NCBI GenBank assembly: GCA_951812345.1
Contig: OX638295.1
Location: forward strand, 2,542,965-2,606,964
Reading direction: 5' to 3'
Length of the DNA stretch: 64,000 nucleotides
DNA from: Rhodothermales bacterium
GTDB lineage: Bacteria; Bacteroidota; Rhodothermia; Rhodothermales; VXPQ01
The notes beneath the pieces are model-generated. The model had not been told where the DNA came from and made no database searches. It saw only the letters and a program-made list of their open reading frames with translations. Every line of letters starts with the position of its first letter. Position 1 is the stretch's first letter. A program made the translations under genes and the position numbers. Below are positions 8,775-15,584 of the stretch, in pieces.

Positions 8775-8826
8775 TTAAGATATTCAGGCAAGCAATATAA
8801 ATTTCATGAACGGTGAAGGTGACGCC

Positions 8827-9285
8827 CAAACACGCAGCACCCACAGTCCTTCGTCCGGGGCGAAGATAGCCCTCGCCCCCGTTCGCGGCGATAGCGCGTT
8901 GGCGGAGCTCATCGGAGCCCAATAATCTGTTTTTATCCCCTTTTGAGTAATTTTTATACCTTTTCGGTATATTTTCTCTCCTTTTTATGGGTAGTTTTTA
9001 CTCAAAAAGGCATATTAGGCGCACGGCGTACGTATGTCTTTGGACAGCAAAGGCCGTTGGATGGACAACGCGTACGTGGAGCGCCTCTGGCGCAACTCCA
9101 GATTTAACGGCGGGCCTACGAGACGGTAGGCGAGACCAGAAAGGAAATTGCCGGGCATCTGCGCTACTTCAACGAAGAGCGCCCAACAACGTATTCTACA
9201 AACGGAAACCGCTTGCCAAGGTGGCATAACCCGACGCGGCGCTGCACGTAAACCCACGAAAAAACAGTCCGGTTTTTTTGGACCA
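8827..9285 (+). pseudogene. IS3-family transposase (orfB) 3' remnant with right-end-like terminus
   Basis: It encodes ...DSKGRWMDNAYVERLWR (from 9052), then after a frameshift AYETVGETRKEIAGHLRYFNEERPQQ. This is the DDE 'E' region plus the YN..RPH tail typical of IS3 integrases. It is interrupted by a 74-bp palindromic insert and ends AAACAGTCCGGTTTTTTTGGACCA (9262-9285). Confidence 0.6.
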
Positions 9286-9366
9286 TTTCTCATAACGAGA
9301 TAGGTCTTCATAGGAACTTGCTTTGGTTGCAAAGCGGTTCAAGGACGTGAAGAGGCTCAAAAACCG

Positions 9367-10512
9367 ATGAACCGCGTCCCTGTCCAACCCAAACTGCTCT
9401 GCTGGGCGCGTGAGCGCGCCGGTCACAGTACCGATGCGCTGGCGCGCCGTTTCCCCAAACTCAACGAGTGGGAACGGGGAGAGGTGCAGCCGACGCTCAA
9501 GCAACTCGAAGCCTTCGCGAAGGCGACCCACGCACCGTTGGGGTTCTTCTTTCTTGCCGAGCCGCCGGCCGAACGTTTGCCGATTCCGGATTTTCGCACG
9601 GTCGCCAACATTCACATAGATCACCCGAGTCCGAATCTTCTGGACACTGTCTACCTCTGCCAGCAGCGCCAGGACTGGTACCGCGACTTCGCACGATCCA
9701 TGCATGAGCCGGCGCTGGACTTTGTGGGTTCTGCCAGTCTCGAAGACGATGTGGTCGAGACCGCCGCAACCATGCGGCGCCATCTTGGACTCGATCTTGA
9801 GGAACATCACCAACTCTCCACCTGGACCGATGCGCTGCGACGCTTCATCGAACAGGCGGATACGCTCGGCGTTTTGGTCATGGTCAGTGGCGTCGTAGGT
9901 AGTAACAACCGCCGCAAACTCGATCCCCAAGAGTTTCGCGGCTTCGCGCTGGCCGATCCATTGGCGCCACTGGTCTTCGTCAACGGCGCGGACACCAAGG
10001 CAGCGCAAATGTTTACCCTCGCCCACGAACTTGCGCACCTGTGGCTTGGGGAATCCGGCATCTCGAATGTCGAAGCACGGACCACTCCGGTTCAGGAAGT
10101 GGAGCGCTGGTGTAACCGGGTTGCGGCTGAGTTGCTGGCACCGCTCGCGGAGTTGCATGGCGAGTTCGACAATCATGCCAACCTGCAAGACGAACTCCAA
10201 CGTCTTGCGCGACGCTTCAAAGTCAGTACCCTGGTGATCCTCCGGCGAATTTACGACGCGGGTCTGCTCACGCAGGACGAACTCTGGGCCGAATACGACA
10301 CGGAACTCGCACGGCTGCAGGAATCGCTGAAAAGTAGCGGCGGAAACTTCTACCTGACGCTCGGTGCGCGCGTCAGCAAGCGCTTCGCCCGGGCGATGGT
10401 GGCAAGCACCCTTGAGGGCCGCACCGGGTTCACCGAAGCATTCCGGATGCTGGGCCTGAAGAAGATGAAAACGTTCAACGACCTTGGGCGCAATCTGGAA
10501 GTGATATACTGA
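9367..10512 (+). CDS. XRE-type HTH fused to ImmA/IrrE (COG2856) zinc metallopeptidase
   Basis: The N-terminal HTH is LLCWARERAGHSTDALARRFPKLNEWERGEVQPTLKQLEAFA. The HExxH motif occurs in FTLAHELAHLWLGESG. Confidence 0.85.
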   Translation: MNRVPVQPKLLCWARERAGHSTDALARRFPKLNEWERGEVQPTLKQLEAFAKATHAPLGFFFLAEPPAERLPIPDFRTVANIHIDHPSPNLLDTVYLCQQRQDWYRDFARSMHEPALDFVGSASLEDDVVETAATMRRHLGLDLEEHHQLSTWTDALRRFIEQADTLGVLVMVSGVVGSNNRRKLDPQEFRGFALADPLAPLVFVNGADTKAAQMFTLAHELAHLWLGESGISNVEARTTPVQEVERWCNRVAAELLAPLAELHGEFDNHANLQDELQRLARRFKVSTLVILRRIYDAGLLTQDELWAEYDTELARLQESLKSSGGNFYLTLGARVSKRFARAMVASTLEGRTGFTEAFRMLGLKKMKTFNDLGRNLEVIY

Positions 10513-11006
10513 TGACCTACCTCCTGGATGCCAACGTCTTCATATCCGCCAAGAACCTGCATTACGGCTTGGACTTCTGCCCGGCCTTCTGGGATTGGCT
10601 GGTGACCGGTAACAAGTCCGGGCGTGTCTTCAGTGTCGAGAAGTTAGGAGACGAATTGCAGGCGCTCGGAGACGAATTGTCTGAATGGGCCGCGAAACGA
10701 GGCAACGGGTTCTTCCTGCCGCCGGATGACTCCGTCTTCCCGGCAATGGCTGAGATCAGCGCTTGGACCACTCGCGGACAATATGAACCTGCGGCTGTGG
10801 ACACATTCCTGAAAGTTGCCGACTACTACCTCGTGGCACAGGCTCGTTCTGGCGGACACGCGGTCGTAACGCACGAGGTGCCGTCGGCTTCGACCCGCAA
10901 GATCAAGATTCCCAACGCCTGCATTGGTCTTGGCATCAAGTGCATGACCCCTTACGAGATATTGCGTCTGGAACGGGCACGGTTCGTTCTGGGAACTACC
11001 TCATGA
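10512..11006 (+). CDS. DUF4411 family PIN-like predicted nuclease
   Basis: The N-terminal MTYLLDANVFISAKNLHYGLDFCPAFWDWL is the DUF4411 signature as I recall it. The start overlaps the upstream stop by 1 nt (TGATG). Confidence 0.8.
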   Translation: MTYLLDANVFISAKNLHYGLDFCPAFWDWLVTGNKSGRVFSVEKLGDELQALGDELSEWAAKRGNGFFLPPDDSVFPAMAEISAWTTRGQYEPAAVDTFLKVADYYLVAQARSGGHAVVTHEVPSASTRKIKIPNACIGLGIKCMTPYEILRLERARFVLGTTS

Positions 11007-11149
11007 AATCCCCGCATCCCCCCACAGCGTATATTTAATATTTTCCCCCGCCTCCTACCCGATGGACTCCCGCCGATTTACTTTGGCGCCCACCTGAGGA
11101 TCGCGAACGCGGGAGTAATAACCTGCGAAACACCTTCAAACAAGTTCAC

Positions 11150-12022
11150 ATGATGACCGACATCGGAATTTGGGGAATCGACCGGGACTCCCGGGCCGGA
11201 ACCAAGCTCGACCTTGCCAAGCGTGTTGAGACGGAAGAGATGCTGGAAGACGTTCTGGTAGCGAACCCCAACATGTTGATGCGCAGACTCCAACTGGTCG
11301 GCAGGCAGGTTCCGGTGGAAACAGGATATGTCGACCTGCTGGGCATTGACGACGAGGGTCGGCTGACGGTCTTCGAACTCAAGCGCGAAAAGTTAACGAG
11401 AAAAGCCGTGGCGCAGGTGCTGGACTACGGCAGCTACCTGGAGGACCTGTCCGAATCGGAACTCGCAACCCTCATTGTCGAGGAGTCTGGCAATAACGGG
11501 ATCGACGAAATCACGGACTTCGACGAATGGTACGCAAGCCAGTGGGAAGGCTCTATCAAGCCCGTCCAAATGGTGCTGGTCGGCCTCGGAGCCGACGCGA
11601 ATGCCCGTCGAATGGTCGACTATCTGGCGGAGCGAGGCGTCGACATCGGTATCGTTACGTTCCATGGCTACGCCCACGGCGACGCCATGCTGCTGGCCCG
11701 TCAGGTGCAAACCGCAGACGATCCGCGGACCGGATCGGGCGGTCGCATCTCGAATCAAAAGGCCGCCGAGCAGGAAATGCATCGCAAGGCCGACGAGTAC
11801 GGAGTGGCGAAGCTGTTGCAGGATGTGAGGAAATCGCTGGACTACAGTGTGAAATCGTACTACACAAAAACCGGGATCACCTACCTGCAACGAACGATCA
11901 TATTGCCCGACGACGCGCATGTCCGCACCTCGCATTCCGTTAAGGTGGATGGTCCCGGAAAAATACGCATTATCTTCTCCCCGGGACCGTCGATCTTTGC
12001 CATGATCTGTTCGAGCAGCTGA
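11150..12022 (+). CDS. NucS/DUF91-like PD-(D/E)xK nuclease domain fused to an unrecognised C-terminal region; 3' end probably frameshifted (continues to 12228 in another frame)
   Basis: EEMLEDVLVANPNMLMRRLQLVGRQVPVETGYVDLLGIDDEGRLTVFELKREKLTRKAVAQVLDY follows the NucS C-domain pattern (D...E-x-K). The adjacent frame is open 11944-12228 and reads like a natural continuation (VDLCHDLFEQLKNAIPFE...). Confidence 0.7.
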   Translation: MMTDIGIWGIDRDSRAGTKLDLAKRVETEEMLEDVLVANPNMLMRRLQLVGRQVPVETGYVDLLGIDDEGRLTVFELKREKLTRKAVAQVLDYGSYLEDLSESELATLIVEESGNNGIDEITDFDEWYASQWEGSIKPVQMVLVGLGADANARRMVDYLAERGVDIGIVTFHGYAHGDAMLLARQVQTADDPRTGSGGRISNQKAAEQEMHRKADEYGVAKLLQDVRKSLDYSVKSYYTKTGITYLQRTIILPDDAHVRTSHSVKVDGPGKIRIIFSPGPSIFAMICSSS

Positions 12023-12311
12023 AGAATGCAATCCCGTTCGAGTCCGAGCTGCCGCGCAATCTATCTCCGACGCGCCGCGTTCGGAATCAGTGGTTTTGCC
12101 ATCTGGATAAGGAGACGTGGCAAAACCACAGGAAGCGCCTGATCGATTTTGTCAAGACCGTGCAGAAGGCCTTTGTCGACGAGCGAGAACGCGTAATATC
12201 CGAGTCCGAGGAGATCGGAGAACTGTAAGCGCGCCTTGACCTCAGGTCATCCGCACCCACTCGATGAACTCCTTATCCACTTTAGAGCCTCCTACACAGT
12301 TAAACGGACAC

Positions 12312-12812
12312 ATCGCTTCGGCCAAAAATCCGCCAAGGTATATTTGCGGATAGCGTAATAAAGGCGATTCGGATTGATTGGACATATTTTCGCGGAAATT
12401 AAGGCGTAATGTTTCGGCCTTGTTCCGTCTCAATCAACCCAACGAGACCATATCCAAGACAAACACGCAGAACCCACAGTCCTTCGTCCGGGGCGAAAGT
12501 AGCCCTCGCCCCCGTTCGCGGCAACAGCGCGTCGCCGGAACTCGCCGGAGCCCAAATAATCCGTTTTACCCCCTTTTGAGTAATTTCTATACCTTTTCGG
12601 TATATTTTCTATCCTTTTTATGGGTGGTTTTTACTCAAAAAGGCATATTAGGTGCACGGCGTACGCATCTCTTATAGACGGCAAGGGCCGTTGGATGGAC
12701 AACGCGCACGTGGAGCGCCTCTGGCGCAACTCCAGATTTAACGACGCGCCTACAAGGCGGTAGGTAAGGCCAGAAAGGAAATCGCCGGGCATCTGCGCTA
12801 CTTCAACGAAGC
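12312..12812 (+). repeat. R-family repeat copy e fused to a second IS3-family orfB remnant (direct duplicate of 2891-3066 + 8827-9180)
   Basis: 12312-12487 aligns with 2891-3066. 12460-12812 aligns with 8827-9180, including GRWMDNAHVERLWR (~12686) and the same 74-bp palindromic insert (12568-12641). Confidence 0.7.
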
Positions 12813-12950
12813 AGGCCCCTACCCCATCCCACTTTTCAACATCGGCGTTTTTCGATTGATCGGCCTCGCGATCTACCTTATTTTTAATGACGCCGACGCA
12901 AGGAGCCCGGCAGGAGGCGAATCCTATACCACGACAGGTGTATCAGACCC

Positions 12951-14180
12951 ATGTCCCGCCTCGAACAGAACAAGCAGCGCGAGCCTCACTCCCCCTTAGG
13001 TCGTGAACGTCATCGCCAGACCGGGATGGATGGCGACATTGGAGGGTTCTATGAATTCTTCTCCGGCGCAGGCATGGCGCGCGCCGGGCTTGGCAGCGGG
13101 TGGCGTTGCCTGTTCGCCAATGACATAGACCGCAAGAAGGCCGCCAGCTACCATCGCAACTGGGGCGGCGAAAATCTGGTTTGCGGCGATGTAAATGACG
13201 TTACCACAGGTGACCTGCCCGGCTACGCCGATCTGGCCTGGGCGTCCTTCCCATGCCAGGACCTGTCTCTTGCGGGTAGCGGCGCTGGCCTGAAAGGCGA
13301 ACGTTCAGGCACCTTCTGGCCCTTCTGGCGGCTTATGTTGCAACTCGCGCGCGAGTCCAGAGCGCCGAGCATGATTGTCCTTGAAAACGTATGCGGCGCC
13401 ATTACCTCGCACGGCGGCAAAGACTTTGAAACGATTTGCCGCGCTCTTCGCGATGGCGGTTACGGTTTCGGCCCGTTGGTCGTGAATGCGGCTCTGTTTG
13501 TCCCGCAGTCCCGCCCCCGCCTTCTGATTGTCGCGGTGAAAGATGATGTGATCGTGCCCAGTGCACTAACAGGCGAATTACCAGACGACATTTTCCATAC
13601 GCGCTCCCTCAAGGCCGCTTTCGGTCGATTACCGTCTGATTTGAAAGAAGCCTGGATATGGTGGAGACTCTCGGCTCCGCCAGCACATTCTATCGGTTTC
13701 TCCGATCTGTTTGAGGACGACCCTAAGGGCGTTGCCTGGCACACCACGGAGCAAACGCAAAGACTTCTCGACATGATGAGCGAGGTGAATCACGCAAAGG
13801 TTCGCTCCGCTCAACGTACAGGACGAAGAGTGATCGGCACGGCCTACAAGCGAACACGACGGGACGAATCGGGCCGCAGAGTGCAGCGTGCGGAAGTGCG
13901 TTTCGACAACATAGCGGGTTGCTTGCGAACGCCGGCTGGCGGATCAAGTCGCCAACTCGTCATTGTGGTTGAGGGCCGCAAAGTGCGGTCCCGGTTGATT
14001 TCCAGCCGCGAGACCGCGCGGCTCATGGGATTGCCCGACGAATACGTCCTCCCGGAAAACTACAATGAAGCATATCACCTGACAGGTGATGGGGTTGTGG
14101 TGCCTGTGGTTCGGTTTCTCGCGAACGAAATTTGTGAACCAATCCTGCTGGAAATGATGAGAGCGAGAGAGGCTGCATGA
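12951..14180 (+). CDS. DNA (cytosine-5)-methyltransferase
   Basis: It carries motif I FFSGAGMARAGL, motif IV SFPCQDLSLAG, motif VI VLENV and motif VIII QSRPRLLIVA, with C-terminal GDGVVVPV. The true start may be M26 (13026). Confidence 0.9.
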   Translation: MSRLEQNKQREPHSPLGRERHRQTGMDGDIGGFYEFFSGAGMARAGLGSGWRCLFANDIDRKKAASYHRNWGGENLVCGDVNDVTTGDLPGYADLAWASFPCQDLSLAGSGAGLKGERSGTFWPFWRLMLQLARESRAPSMIVLENVCGAITSHGGKDFETICRALRDGGYGFGPLVVNAALFVPQSRPRLLIVAVKDDVIVPSALTGELPDDIFHTRSLKAAFGRLPSDLKEAWIWWRLSAPPAHSIGFSDLFEDDPKGVAWHTTEQTQRLLDMMSEVNHAKVRSAQRTGRRVIGTAYKRTRRDESGRRVQRAEVRFDNIAGCLRTPAGGSSRQLVIVVEGRKVRSRLISSRETARLMGLPDEYVLPENYNEAYHLTGDGVVVPVVRFLANEICEPILLEMMRAREAA

Positions 14181-15034
14181 GCGTTATCCCTTGCGAATCG
14201 AACGAAGAGCTTGACAAGAAGATCAAAGACTTCGCGGAAACGCTGAAGACGGAATCTCATACGCTCGGCAATCACGGACTCGACGAAAAAGAGTTCTACA
14301 ACAGCGGGCTGTTCAGAGGCGCGATTGAGCGCATTCGCGGCCAGTTTGTCGCAACGATGCGGCAGAAGCGTGACTTCGTTCAGCACATCCTTGATCACAT
14401 GCAGGATCAGGGTTTCATCGACGAATGGACATCCACCGGCATGGGCAACAGGCACGACTACGAAGTGCAACTCCGGTCTGGCCGCACGGCCGTAATTGAA
14501 ATGAAGGGGTGTCTGGATGGGAATAACACCAATATCTTCGAGCGGCCGCCGAACGCCCACGAATTCATTATATGGAGCGTTTGCACAAATGTGGGGGCAG
14601 ACCCGCGGCGTAATGCCTGGTCCGGCATACATACGCGGCTGAGCGCTGAAATTATTTCAAGTGGGCAACTCGTAGATGGCATCGTGATCTGGGATATGGT
14701 TTGCGGCACGATCGGCCGACCATGTCCGAAACTCGTCAGCGATTCGTCCCGCAAAACTGTAGTGGGGCCGTTTTCCCTGCCCCCACCATGTCTGTATCTG
14801 CTGCCTGCGACGATTCCAAGTCCTCGCAATAATCCAAACCCTGAGCCCCAGGCACTCGCAGACGTTCAGATCATGCAAGCGTTCAATGATTGTTTTGGCT
14901 GCCAACCGGAAGAAATCAACCACGTCAGATTCGATGTGGCCTATCAGGGCTCCGATACGGTGCGGACAACACAGATCACGCGCAACGCCAGGATACAGAA
15001 AGAATCCGACCCGACGGTTATAGGGAGATCATAA
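14177..15034 (+). CDS. Putative type II restriction endonuclease (family not recognised)
   Basis: There is an ATGA start/stop overlap with the methyltransferase, and Vsr follows 2 nt later. A possible PD-(D/E)xK motif is HDYEVQL...AVIEMKG. The assignment is by operon context. Confidence 0.5.
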   Translation: MSVIPCESNEELDKKIKDFAETLKTESHTLGNHGLDEKEFYNSGLFRGAIERIRGQFVATMRQKRDFVQHILDHMQDQGFIDEWTSTGMGNRHDYEVQLRSGRTAVIEMKGCLDGNNTNIFERPPNAHEFIIWSVCTNVGADPRRNAWSGIHTRLSAEIISSGQLVDGIVIWDMVCGTIGRPCPKLVSDSSRKTVVGPFSLPPPCLYLLPATIPSPRNNPNPEPQALADVQIMQAFNDCFGCQPEEINHVRFDVAYQGSDTVRTTQITRNARIQKESDPTVIGRS

Positions 15035-15036
15035 CA

Positions 15037-15432
15037 ATGACTTCCGAGCAACGCAGCCGAGTCATGCGTGCCGTCAAGGATAAGGACACCGGAACGGAAA
15101 TGACCGTGCGCCGGCTCGTACATTCCATGGGATACCGTTACCGGCTGCATCGAAAGGACTTGCCGGGAAAGCCCGACCTGGTGTTCGGCCCGCGACGGAA
15201 GGTGATCTTCGTGCATGGATGCTTCTGGCACGGTCACACCTGCAAGCGTGGCGACCGAACGCCAAAGAAAAACCGACGCTACTGGACGAAGAAAATCGGG
15301 CGCAACAAGGAGCGCGATCAGGAACATGTATCGGCGTTGAAAGCGAAAGGCTGGCGAGTGCTGGTAATCTGGGAATGCGAAACGAAAGACACTGAACGGT
15401 TGGGAAAACGGGTACGGGCGTATCTGGCATAG
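15037..15432 (+). CDS. vsr: Very-short-patch repair endonuclease
   Basis: MTSEQRSRVMRAVKDKDTGTEMTVRRLVHSMGYRYRLHRKDLPGKPDLVF...IFVHGCFWHGH...W matches Vsr hallmarks. ATG 15037 is in frame within track ORF 14890-15432. Confidence 0.9.
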   Translation: MTSEQRSRVMRAVKDKDTGTEMTVRRLVHSMGYRYRLHRKDLPGKPDLVFGPRRKVIFVHGCFWHGHTCKRGDRTPKKNRRYWTKKIGRNKERDQEHVSALKAKGWRVLVIWECETKDTERLGKRVRAYLA

Positions 15433-15584
15433 CAGAACAGAGATGGATGAATGCATAAAAGCCATGCACCCGACAGTGATCGAGTAAATAGAAAAACGAA
15501 AATCCACCAAACCTCCCCACACCGTATATTGCCCCGCACCCCACCACCATTACCCCATGTGACCGACCCGACCCCACCCCTCCC

